DNA of 63,810 nucleotides, counting the filler, from an uncultured bacterium (GTDB lineage: Bacteria > CAYJRR01), in NCBI GenBank assembly GCA_964372275.1. It is 6 parts of 6 records of this genome, joined end to end, with 100 filler letters (N's around TTAATTAATTAA, not from the genome) between each part and the next. Parts side by side here need not be neighbours in the genome. Positions count along the whole stretch, not along the records: positions 11,336 to 22,559 come from CAYJRR010000141.1; positions 22,660 to 33,814 come from CAYJRR010000142.1; 4 more parts are not named here. One strand, written 5' to 3'. The notes beneath the pieces are model-generated. The model made no database searches. It saw nothing but the letters and a program-made list of their open reading frames with translations, and had not been told where the DNA came from. Position 1 is the first letter of the stretch; each line of letters begins with the position of its first letter. Made by a program: the position numbers and the translations under genes. This document shows, one piece after another, positions 18,957 through 27,605 of the stretch.

Positions 18957-19676
18957 CTACTCGACCGCCGCCAGCGGCACCTCGGTCTCGCCGTAGATCC
19001 CGAAGCGGCTCTTCTCCACCCGCACGCGCGCCCGTCCCCCGTCGGTCGCGGAGGCGGCGACCTCCAGGCGGAGCGCCGGCGGCAGGCCGAACGGCGCGGC
19101 GGCCAGCACCACCAACGCCGCGCCCCCCGACTCCGCCGCGGCGCGCAACCGGGGGCCGTTCCCCTCGAGCAACCGCCGCGGAGGGGGCGGCAGCCCCTCG
19201 GCGTCGAGCACCACCGCCTCGAACGCGCCGCTCTGCAGCAGCACCTCCAGCGACCACAACGCCGGCTTGGGATCGGCCGTCCCCGACGGGGGGCGCACGA
19301 ACAACAGCTGCGTGAGCTCCACCCCACCGCCGGCCAGCGCCGGTGGATAGCATTCGCGCGCCGGATCGACGATCGCCGCCAGCCCCCCCGCGCGCGTCAC
19401 CGAAGCCAACATCGGCGCGACGAGCGACAGCTTCCCGGAGGCCGCCGCCCCGACGATCTCGGTGATCGCCCGCCGCGGGAAGCCCCCCGGGAGGAGCGCG
19501 TCGAGCGCCGCGAGCCCCGTCGGGATCGCGCGCGCGCGCTCCGGCCTCCACGCCGCCGCCGGGGCCTCCGCCGCGGCGTCGACGAGCAGCCCGCGCCGGG
19601 CGAGCGTTTCGCGGAGCGCCGCGAAACGGGCGAGCCGATCGCCCGCATCCAGGGCGGGTTTGGGGACGGGAGGCAT
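18957..19676 (-). CDS. imuA: ImuA, RecA-like mutasome component
   Basis: IPTGLAALDALLPGGFP..AITEIVG..ASGKLSL, AIVDP...YPPALA..GV.L..LL.VRP, and E..LQSGAFEAVVLD. Confidence 0.85.
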   Translation of the reverse strand: MPPVPKPALDAGDRLARFAALRETLARRGLLVDAAAEAPAAAWRPERARAIPTGLAALDALLPGGFPRRAITEIVGAAASGKLSLVAPMLASVTRAGGLAAIVDPARECYPPALAGGGVELTQLLFVRPPSGTADPKPALWSLEVLLQSGAFEAVVLDAEGLPPPPRRLLEGNGPRLRAAAESGGAALVVLAAAPFGLPPALRLEVAASATDGGRARVRVEKSRFGIYGETEVPLAAVE

Positions 19677-19683
19677 CCCCTAC

Positions 19684-19719
19684 GAGGATACGATACGGGC
19701 GTATCGTCCTCAAGAACGG
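19684..19719 (-). promoter_or_regulatory. imuA promoter with palindromic operator (copy 2)
   Basis: Plus strand GAGGATACGATACGGGCGTATCGTCCTCAAGAACGG; same -35, -10 and palindrome as copy 1; -10 lies 8 nt before the ATG. Confidence 0.8.
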
Positions 19720-19780
19720 GAATCGCGGCCGGGGTCGCGGGAACGGCCTCCGCCGCGACCGCGCCCCCGGACGCCGGACG

Positions 19781-20743
19781 TTACAGCAGTCCGGCTTTCT
19801 GCAGGTTGCGCCGGATCCTCGCCTCCGCCGGCCCGACCTCGGCCTCGAAGCTCAATCCCGTCAGCTCCTCGAACGTCGCGATGTAGCGCCGCGCGATCCG
19901 CACCTTCAGGTCGTCGTCGATCGCCGGCGGCTCCCCCTCCCCCATCCAGCCGCGCTCCATCAGCCAGCGGCGCACGAACTCCTTGTCGAGCGACTCCGGG
20001 TCCTTCCCGGCGCCGAAGCGGTCGTCGTAGCTCTCGGCGTACCAGTAACGCGACGAATCCGGGGTGTGGATCTCGTCGGCCAGCACCAACTGCCCCGTGG
20101 GATCGACGCCGAACTCGTACTTGGTGTCGACCAACAGCAACCCCCGCGACGCGGCGTGCGCCGTCCCGGCGAGGAACAGGCCGCGCGCCGCCTTCTCGAT
20201 CTCGGCCCAACGCGACGCCGGCACGATCCCGCGCTCCAGGATCTGCGCCTTCGAGATCGGCTGGTCGTGCCCGGCCGCCTCCTTCGTCGACGGGGTCAGG
20301 ATCGGCTCGGGGAACTTCTGGTTCTTGCGCAACCCGCGCGGCAGCTCGATTCCGGACACGGCGCGGCCGGCTTCGTAATCGCGCCAGGCGCTGCCGGTGA
20401 GATAGCCGCGCACCACCACTTCGATCGGCACGATCGAAAGCTCCTGGCCGACGATCACCTGCGGATCGGGCTCGCCGCGCACGTGGTTGGGGACGATCTC
20501 CTCGGTCAGGCGGAACCAGAACGACGCGAGCCGCGTCAGCACCTCCCCCTTGAAGGGGATCGTGGTCAGCACCCGGTCGAAGGCCGAGAGCCGGTCGGAC
20601 GCGATCAGCACACGACGATCCCCTTTCACGTAGGAGTCGCGCACCTTCCCCTGGTAGCGGTTTCCCAGGGTCGCGAAATCGCTCACGGCGAGCGCGTGCG
20701 GGATCTGGTCGCGGATAGCCTGTTCCGAGATGGCGGTGGTCAC
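19781..20743 (-). CDS. purC: SAICAR synthetase
   Basis: GKVRDSY, SDRLSAFD, VVRGYLTGS, TPSTK, DTKYEFG and DEIHTPDSSR motifs; AAGGAG RBS. Confidence 0.97.
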   Translation of the reverse strand: MTTAISEQAIRDQIPHALAVSDFATLGNRYQGKVRDSYVKGDRRVLIASDRLSAFDRVLTTIPFKGEVLTRLASFWFRLTEEIVPNHVRGEPDPQVIVGQELSIVPIEVVVRGYLTGSAWRDYEAGRAVSGIELPRGLRKNQKFPEPILTPSTKEAAGHDQPISKAQILERGIVPASRWAEIEKAARGLFLAGTAHAASRGLLLVDTKYEFGVDPTGQLVLADEIHTPDSSRYWYAESYDDRFGAGKDPESLDKEFVRRWLMERGWMGEGEPPAIDDDLKVRIARRYIATFEELTGLSFEAEVGPAEARIRRNLQKAGLL

Positions 20744-20796
20744 GGGATGCGCTCTCCTTGCGGTCGAAGGGGGCGGCGATTATAAACGCGAGCCCC

Positions 20797-22065
20797 ATGG
20801 AGATCGACCAGGTCCGGACCCTTCTCTCCCGCGTGGAAGACCGCGCCGGCAAGGACGTCGTCGCCACCGGCCTCGTCCAGAACCTGTCGGTGACGGACGG
20901 CGAGATCAAGATGGAGCTCTCCTACGACGCCGCCTACGGACCGACCGACCGGGCGGGCGTCGAGAAGGCGATCCGCACCGCGCTCAAGGTCGGTGGATTC
21001 GACGGGAAGGTGACGCTGATTGCGGTGACGAAGGCGGCGGCGATCGCCTCTCCGGCCGGGCCCGCCGGCGGGAACGTCGGGGGGCTGGTCGGCCTCGGAC
21101 GGCGCGGGACGCAGGGACCGGGCGGTCCCCCCTCCGGAACCGTCCCGCATGGACCGGGACCGCAGGCCCCCCCCGGCCCGCCGCAGTACGGACCCGGTGG
21201 GCGGCCGATCAATCGCCAGCCGGCCCCCGGCCCCAGCGCCAAGAAGGAGATCCCCGGGGTCCGGCACATCGTCGCGGTGGCGTCGGGCAAGGGCGGCGTC
21301 GGAAAGTCGACCGTCGCCTCGAACCTCGCCGTGGCGCTGGCGAGGAAGGGGCACAAGGTCGGCCTGCTCGACAACGACGTCTACGGACCGAGCCTCCCGA
21401 TCCTGTTCGCGATCCACGAGCAGCCGAAGGTCTCCCCCGACCGCAAGCTGATCCCGATCGAGAAGTACGGGGTGAAGCTGATGTCGATCGGGTTCCTCCT
21501 CGACGAGGGGGCGCCGGCGATCTGGCGCGGCCCGATCGTGATGCAGGTGACCGACCAGCTCTTCTACGACACGGCGTGGGGGGAGCTCGACTATCTGGTC
21601 CTCGACCTTCCTCCGGGTACCGGAGACGTGCAGCTGACGCTGGCGCAGAAGGTGCCGCTGACCGGGGCGCTGATCGTCTCGACGCCGCAGGACATCTCGC
21701 TGGCCGACGCCGAGCGGGGGTTGCGCATGTTCAACCGCGTCGACGTCCCGGTGATGGGGATCGTCGAGAACATGAGCTACTTCGCCTGCCCGAAGTGCCA
21801 CCACGAAAGCCACATCTTCAGCCACGGCGGCGCCAAGCAGAAGGCGAAGGAGCTGGAGGTGCCGTTCCTGGGGGAGATCCCGATCGACCTCGACACGCGG
21901 CTCGGCGGCGACCTCGGCAAGCCGGTCGTCGTCTCCAATCCCGACGGCCCGGTCGGCCGGGAGTTCGCGGCGCTCGCCGACCGCGTGATCGAGTCGTGCG
22001 CCAAGCTCGCCGGCAGCACGATCGGCGACCGCGTGAAGGCGGGGCTGTTCAAGATCCTGAACTGA
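20797..22065 (+). CDS. mrp: Mrp/ApbC/NBP35 Fe-S cluster carrier ATPase
   Basis: SGKGGVGKST, IWRGP, DLPPGTGD and ENMS...CPKC motifs; Gly/Pro-rich linker after the N-terminal domain. Confidence 0.95.
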   Translation: MEIDQVRTLLSRVEDRAGKDVVATGLVQNLSVTDGEIKMELSYDAAYGPTDRAGVEKAIRTALKVGGFDGKVTLIAVTKAAAIASPAGPAGGNVGGLVGLGRRGTQGPGGPPSGTVPHGPGPQAPPGPPQYGPGGRPINRQPAPGPSAKKEIPGVRHIVAVASGKGGVGKSTVASNLAVALARKGHKVGLLDNDVYGPSLPILFAIHEQPKVSPDRKLIPIEKYGVKLMSIGFLLDEGAPAIWRGPIVMQVTDQLFYDTAWGELDYLVLDLPPGTGDVQLTLAQKVPLTGALIVSTPQDISLADAERGLRMFNRVDVPVMGIVENMSYFACPKCHHESHIFSHGGAKQKAKELEVPFLGEIPIDLDTRLGGDLGKPVVVSNPDGPVGREFAALADRVIESCAKLAGSTIGDRVKAGLFKILN

Positions 22066-22121
22066 TCGGCGGCGCCCGCCGCCTGCGCACGGTCACCGAA
22101 CCGGGGCGGTAGGCGCCGCCG

Positions 22122-22445
22122 CTACCGTTCCGTTCCCGCTCCGCCCATGCGCACCACGCGCGGCGCCGGACGAACCGCTGCGGGCCGGCACGGTGTCGAC
22201 GTCGCGCCCAAGGTGAGCGGAGATCCGGCGTCGCCGTCGGTGCATTCCGGGAGATCGACGGCCGGACGCTGCGAACCGATCGCCGTCGTCGCGGCCGGGC
22301 GCGAGACCTGGACCCCCTGCTTCTCGGACGTGACATTCGGCCGTCGCGCACCGAGTCGCACGAGGTCCTCGGCCCCCTTCGCGAAGGCCGAGGGCGCGAG
22401 CATCGAAGCGAAGAGGCCGAAAATGACGGGTCGAGCGCAGTTCAT
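22122..22445 (-). CDS. Small hypothetical secreted protein
   Basis: GGAGGA RBS, signal peptide ending AFA, Cys pair in the mature part, sigma54 site upstream. Confidence 0.6.
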   Translation of the reverse strand: MNCARPVIFGLFASMLAPSAFAKGAEDLVRLGARRPNVTSEKQGVQVSRPAATTAIGSQRPAVDLPECTDGDAGSPLTLGATSTPCRPAAVRPAPRVVRMGGAGTER

Positions 22446-22480
22446 CGTGTCCTCCGAATTCGCCGAGGCGGCGTGGACCC

Positions 22481-22496
22481 AGCAACCGACGTGCCG
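22481..22496 (-). promoter_or_regulatory. Sigma54 promoter
   Basis: Minus strand CGGCACGTCGGTTGCT, 35 nt before ATG 22445. Confidence 0.65.
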
Positions 22497-22559
22497 GAGG
22501 AGATGAAGCGGTGCTCGGCGAAAAGGCGAGATCGATCGCGGCGACCGTCGGCCGGCTGG

Positions 22560-22659
22560 NNNNNNNNNNNNNNNNNNNNNNNNNNNNNNNNNNNNNNNNN
22601 NNNTTAATTAATTAANNNNNNNNNNNNNNNNNNNNNNNNNNNNNNNNNNNNNNNNNNNN
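22560..22659. other. Artificial contig-joining spacer
   Basis: N100 with TTAATTAATTAA. Confidence 0.99.
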
Positions 22660-22923
22660 TACGTCATCCTCGACGAGGCACAGAACACCACCACCGAGCA
22701 GATGAAGATGTTCCTGACGCGCCTCGGGGTCGGAAGCCGGGCGGTGATCACCGGCGACGTGACCCAGGTCGATCTGCCGGCCGGTCGCGAGTCCGGCCTG
22801 GTCGAGGCGATGCGGGTCCTCAAGGGGATCGACGAGATCCGGTTCGTCCCGTTCACCGACCGGGACGTCGTCCGTCACCGCCTGGTGCAGGAGATCGTCC
22901 GGGCGTACGATCGGGCGAAGTGA
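22660..22923 (+). CDS. phoH: PhoH-family protein, C-terminal fragment
   Basis: [25 protein letters not shown] and DVVRH motifs. Confidence 0.95.
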   Translation, partial: YVILDEAQNTTTEQMKMFLTRLGVGSRAVITGDVTQVDLPAGRESGLVEAMRVLKGIDEIRFVPFTDRDVVRHRLVQEIVRAYDRAK

Positions 22924-25274
22924 GCGACACCGCCCCGACGCCCGCTCCGCCGACCCCGCTCCGGCGCCGGAAGACCGACCGGACGCGGCCGCCGATCCAG
23001 GAGCTCCGTCTCTGGCTCCGCAAGCACCTCAAGGAGCCACGCAGCCCGCTGTGGCGAGCCGGTCTTCTGGTCCTGGCGAGCCTCTGCTGCGCCCTGCTCC
23101 TCGACCGCCGCCAACCGGCGACGCCGCTCCTGCAGGCCGGCGAGATCGCCAGCCGATCGGTCTGGGCGCAGCGGAACTACCGGATTCCGGATCGGGAGCG
23201 AAGCGCGGCGAAGCGCGCGCAGGCGGAGCGTCTGGCGAGACCCGTCTACGACTTCGACCCCGGCGTCGCCGCGGTGGCAATCGGACGGCTGAGCGCCGGC
23301 TTCCGGAACGCGAGGGCCGCCGCGCCGAAGAGAGGCGCGGCCGAACGAGACGCGCACGACCGGGCGGAGCGGTTCGCGCGCGACGTCGGGCTCGCCGGCT
23401 CGGACGTGCCCGCGGTGCTGGCGCGAACCGCCTTCGATCCGGCGATCGAGCGGGCGACGATCCTGCTGCTGGAGAGCATCTCCGACCGGAAGATCGTGGC
23501 GCGCGCCGACCTGGTGACGACCGACCTCGAGGCCGGGATCACGGTGCGGGACGTCGGCGGCGGCGAGGAACGTCTCCTCAAAGGGGGTTCGGCGGTCCTG
23601 GACATCGATGGCGCCGAGGCGCTCCTCGCGGAGCGCGTGGCGTTCGCGCTCAAGGACGAGAGCGCCGCCCGGCGACGGCTCGCGCTGGCGCTCGCCACGG
23701 CGGTCCTCCGTCCGAACCTCACCTTCAATGCGGCGGAAACCGAGATCCGACGGCGCCGGGCGCGCGAAGGGGTCGAGGAGTTCGTCTCGGTGATCCAGAA
23801 GGGTCGCGCGGTGGTGCAGGCCGGCGACGAGATCTCCGAAGCGCAAGCCTCGCTGCTGGCGGCGATGCGGATGGAGGAGGTGGCCGCCGGCCGAACCCGG
23901 CCGTTCGCGAACCTCGGCCTGTTCCTCTTGAGCGCCTCGATCCTCGGTGGCGTGTGGGCCTTCGGACGGCGCTACATGCGGCGCATCCCGCAGGAGACCG
24001 CCGACCTGGCGGTGCTGGCCTCGCTCGTGCTTTTCGGGCTGCTGCTGGCGCGCGGGGCGCAGGAGCTGGCGGAGGTCCTTTCGGACCGCGGGACGCTGCT
24101 CTCACCTTCGTTGCTGCGCTACGCGATCCCCGCGGCGTCGACGGCGATCGTGGCGGCGGTGCTGTTCGGCGCCGACGGTGCGGCGCTGGTCGCGACGGCG
24201 ACGGCGCTCCTCGCCGGGCTGGCGCTCGAAGGAGACCTGCGGGAGACGATCTACATCTTCCTCGGCAGCATCACCGCGGCGGGGATGCTCTCGTTGCCGC
24301 AGAAACGGACCGACCTGATCAAGGCGGGGCTCGCGGCGGCGGTGGCGCAGGTGGCGTTGGTCATCGCCTTCACCTTGAGCGCCGCCGATCCGGTCCCCGC
24401 GACTTTCGCCGACGTCGCCTCGGTGGCGCTCCTGTCGGGGGTCGGCGCCGGGATCATCGCCGTCGGGGTGCTGCCGATCTACGAGGCGTTCGGCTACCTC
24501 ACCAACTTCAAGCTGCTCGAGCTGGCGTCGCTGGGGAGCCCCCTGCTGAAGGAGCTGTCGGTGCAGGCCCCCGGGACCTACCACCACAGCGTCGTCGTCG
24601 GATCGCTCGCCGAGGCGGCGGCGGAGGCGGTCGGCGCCAATCCACTCTTCGCGCGGGTCGCCTGCTACTACCACGACATCGGAAAGATGAAGAAGCCGCA
24701 CTACTTCATCGAGAACCAGGCGGGGCGGGAGAACCTGCACGACCGCCTGACCCCGTCGATGAGCGCGCTGGTGGTCGAAAGCCACGTCAAGGACGGCATC
24801 GAGATGGGTCTGGCGCACGGACTCCCGCGCGCGATCGTCGACATGATTCCGCAGCACCACGGAACCCGGCTGATCTCGTTCTTCTACAACAAGGCGAAAG
24901 CCAACGCCGAGGCCGACCCGGACGGCGCGCAGGTCGAGGAGTCGGACTTCCGCTACCCCGGGCCGAAGCCCCAATCGCCGGAGGCGGGGATCATCATGCT
25001 CGCCGACGGCGTCGAGGCGTCGACGAGGACGATCACCGATCCGACGCCGGCCAAGATCCAGGCGATGATCCGCAAGGTCTTCTCGATCGTGCAGGGGGAC
25101 GGCCAACTCGACGAGTGCGATCTATCGCTCAAGGACCTGGGGCGGATCGCCGCCGCGTTCGAGAAGGTGGTGATGGCGATCCACCACAAGCGCGTCGCGT
25201 ACCCGTCGACGGCCGAGATCGCGGGGGTGATCCCGATGCGCGCGGCCGCCTTGAAGCGCGAGGGGAAAGAGTGA
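22920..25274 (+). CDS. 7TM-HD phosphohydrolase (PgpH-like c-di-AMP phosphodiesterase family)
   Basis: Extracytoplasmic domain, 7TM region, [27 protein letters not shown] and MLAD.VEA; phoH-HD-ybeY synteny. Confidence 0.92.
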   Translation: MSDTAPTPAPPTPLRRRKTDRTRPPIQELRLWLRKHLKEPRSPLWRAGLLVLASLCCALLLDRRQPATPLLQAGEIASRSVWAQRNYRIPDRERSAAKRAQAERLARPVYDFDPGVAAVAIGRLSAGFRNARAAAPKRGAAERDAHDRAERFARDVGLAGSDVPAVLARTAFDPAIERATILLLESISDRKIVARADLVTTDLEAGITVRDVGGGEERLLKGGSAVLDIDGAEALLAERVAFALKDESAARRRLALALATAVLRPNLTFNAAETEIRRRRAREGVEEFVSVIQKGRAVVQAGDEISEAQASLLAAMRMEEVAAGRTRPFANLGLFLLSASILGGVWAFGRRYMRRIPQETADLAVLASLVLFGLLLARGAQELAEVLSDRGTLLSPSLLRYAIPAASTAIVAAVLFGADGAALVATATALLAGLALEGDLRETIYIFLGSITAAGMLSLPQKRTDLIKAGLAAAVAQVALVIAFTLSAADPVPATFADVASVALLSGVGAGIIAVGVLPIYEAFGYLTNFKLLELASLGSPLLKELSVQAPGTYHHSVVVGSLAEAAAEAVGANPLFARVACYYHDIGKMKKPHYFIENQAGRENLHDRLTPSMSALVVESHVKDGIEMGLAHGLPRAIVDMIPQHHGTRLISFFYNKAKANAEADPDGAQVEESDFRYPGPKPQSPEAGIIMLADGVEASTRTITDPTPAKIQAMIRKVFSIVQGDGQLDECDLSLKDLGRIAAAFEKVVMAIHHKRVAYPSTAEIAGVIPMRAAALKREGKE

Positions 25275-25290
25275 CTTCGGTCCCCGATCC

Positions 25291-25782
25291 GTGCTGACGG
25301 TGACGGTGCGCAACGAGGCGTCCGGAGCCCCCGCCCGGCGCCGGATCGGCGCTGCCGCCGTCCGTCGCATCGCCCGCGCCGCCCTCCTCGCCGAGGGGGT
25401 CGTGCGCGGCGAGCTCTCGGTCCTGGTGACGCGCGATGCGCGGATTCGCGCCCTGAACTCCCGCTTCCGCGGCAAGGACAAGGCGACCAACGTGCTCTCC
25501 TTTCCGCAGGAGGATCCATTCGCCGCGCGCGGCACGGCGCGGCGCGGCACCCGCGCCATCCCCCGCCGCGCGCCGCTGATCGGTGACGTCGTGGTCAGCG
25601 TCGACACCGTCGCCCGGCAGGGGCTGGCGACGGGGAGCGGCTTTCGCTACACCTTCGCCTACTACCTCGTGCACGGAATCCTCCACCTGCTCGGTCACGA
25701 CCACCACCGTCCGGCCGAGGCGCGGCGAATGTACCGCCGCACCCGAGAGATCCTCGCGGCCGCCGGCGAGGACCGGCGATGA
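25291..25782 (+). CDS. ybeY: rRNA maturation endoribonuclease YbeY
   Basis: LN..FRGKDKATNVLSF and HGILHLLGHDH motifs. Confidence 0.95.
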   Translation: MLTVTVRNEASGAPARRRIGAAAVRRIARAALLAEGVVRGELSVLVTRDARIRALNSRFRGKDKATNVLSFPQEDPFAARGTARRGTRAIPRRAPLIGDVVVSVDTVARQGLATGSGFRYTFAYYLVHGILHLLGHDHHRPAEARRMYRRTREILAAAGEDRR

Positions 25783-27560
25783 ACGAACGCCGCGCGGGCG
25801 TCGACATCGCCACGGGCGAATCCGACCCGAGCCGATCCGGATCGGTAGCGGTACCGGATCCGATCCGACCGGATCCGGACCGATCGGATCGGATCGGATC
25901 GGCCTCCGACACGGATACCGCTACCGGCACGGATCGGCTCGGATCCCCCGCCCGCGCGCCGCGCGACTGGCGCCCCTGGCGGCTCTGCGCCCTCTCCTCG
26001 GCGCTGATGGTCCTGGCCCAGCCGCTCGCCGTCGGCCGCTTCGAGGCGCTCGCCCTCTCCTGGAACGGCCTCCTCGCCTGGGTCGCCCTCGTTCCGTGGT
26101 GGATGGCGATCCGCGACGCCACGCCGCGGGACGCCTTCCGGCGCACCTGGGCGATGCAGCTCCTCTACTTCGTCGGCTCGGGTTCCTGGGTCTTCGTCGC
26201 GTTCCACACCTTCGGCCGGATCCCGCGCGCGACCTCCGCCGTGCTCACGCTCGTCCTGTGCGCGATGCTGTCGTTCTTCGTCGCAACGGCGGCACGGCTC
26301 GCCCGCCGCGTCGAAACGCGAGGCGGTCTCCCGGCCGTCGCCACCGTTCCGCTCCTGTGGGCCGCCGTCGAATACGTGCGGACCTACCTCCTTACGGGTC
26401 TTCCCTGGGCGAGCATCGGCTACACCCAGTGGCGCCTCCTGCCGGTGATCCAGATCGCCGATGTCACCGGCGTCTACGGCGTGGTGGCGCTGCTGGTGCT
26501 GGTCAACGTCGCGCTGGCGGAGGTTCTCGTCGCCCGCACCGTGCCGTCGGAGGCGCCGCTTCCGGCGCGCACCGTTCGCCGACTCGCGGGCGTGGCGACG
26601 GCGGCGGTCTTGGCCACGATCGGCTACGGCGCGGCGCGCATCGCCTGGGTGCGCGCCGACCAACGCGCCCGCCCGACGATGCGCGTGGCGTTCACCCAGG
26701 GGAACGTCGGCCAGGCGGAGAAACAACGAAAAGGTTCGGAGCCGGCGATCCTCGCCCGCTACCGGGCCGAGCTCGGCCGGGTCGAAGCCGCCGGGGCCTC
26801 GCTCGTCGTCTGGCCCGAGGCGGCCCTCCCCCGCTCGGTCCACCTGCGCTCGAGCCATCTCCCCGACCACGTCCTCCCCGACGGGAACCGCGCCTGGCTC
26901 CTGGCCGGTGCCGTCTCCAGCTGGCACGACGGTGGGAAGCGGATGGCGCACAACAGCGCGCTCCTGGTCTCCCCCGGCGGGCGGATCGCCGGCCGCTACC
27001 ACAAGAGCCACCTCGTCCCGTTCGGCGAGTACGTCCCGATGGAACGGCTGCTGTTCTTCGCGCGGAAGCTGACCGCCTACGCCGGCCACTTCCTCGCCGG
27101 GCGATCGATCGAACCGCTCGCGATGGAGGGCCGGAGGCTCGGCGTCCTCATCTGTTACGAGGACATCTTCCCCGAGGTGGCGCGGCGCATGACCGCGCGC
27201 GGCGCCGATCTCCTGGTCAACATCACCAACGACGCCTGGTACGGGCGCAGCAGCGCCCCGTTCCAGCACCTCTCGATGGTCGTCTTCCGCGCCGTCGAGA
27301 ACCGCCGGCCGGTCGCGCGCGCGGCGCAGACCGGCGTCAGCGGCTTCGTCGCCGCCGACGGATCGGTCCTGTCGACGACGCGCATCTTCGAGGGACCGGT
27401 GAGCGGCGTGGCCGACGTCCCGATCGGCGGGCCGGCGTCGCCCTACGTACCGCTCGGGGACCTGTTCGCCGGCGCCTGCCTCGGACTCGCCGCCGCGGCC
27501 TTCGCCGGCTCCCGCAACGCCGGCTCCGCCGGTCGTCCACCCGCCGGCCACGGGCTATAA
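25779..27560 (+). CDS. lnt: Apolipoprotein N-acyltransferase
   Basis: TGLPW, QGN, WPE, K.HLVPFGEYVP, ICYE and TNDAWYG motifs; unusual N-terminal extension. Confidence 0.95.
   Translation: MNERRAGVDIATGESDPSRSGSVAVPDPIRPDPDRSDRIGSASDTDTATGTDRLGSPARAPRDWRPWRLCALSSALMVLAQPLAVGRFEALALSWNGLLAWVALVPWWMAIRDATPRDAFRRTWAMQLLYFVGSGSWVFVAFHTFGRIPRATSAVLTLVLCAMLSFFVATAARLARRVETRGGLPAVATVPLLWAAVEYVRTYLLTGLPWASIGYTQWRLLPVIQIADVTGVYGVVALLVLVNVALAEVLVARTVPSEAPLPARTVRRLAGVATAAVLATIGYGAARIAWVRADQRARPTMRVAFTQGNVGQAEKQRKGSEPAILARYRAELGRVEAAGASLVVWPEAALPRSVHLRSSHLPDHVLPDGNRAWLLAGAVSSWHDGGKRMAHNSALLVSPGGRIAGRYHKSHLVPFGEYVPMERLLFFARKLTAYAGHFLAGRSIEPLAMEGRRLGVLICYEDIFPEVARRMTARGADLLVNITNDAWYGRSSAPFQHLSMVVFRAVENRRPVARAAQTGVSGFVAADGSVLSTTRIFEGPVSGVADVPIGGPASPYVPLGDLFAGACLGLAAAAFAGSRNAGSAGRPPAGHGL
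25827..25942. repeat. Nested palindromic element in the 5' end of lnt
   Basis: 13-bp perfect IR (25827-25839 / 25930-25942), 11-bp IR (25843-25853 / 25916-25926), and inner GATCC/GGATC pentamer arrays. Confidence 0.85.
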
Positions 27561-27605
27561 TGCGCGCGCCGTGGCGTCGACCGTCACGGCCTTCGCGAAG
27601 AGCCG

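Noticed and set aside
21045-21240. Gly/Pro-rich insert in Mrp
   Set aside because: Variable linkers at this position are common in the family.
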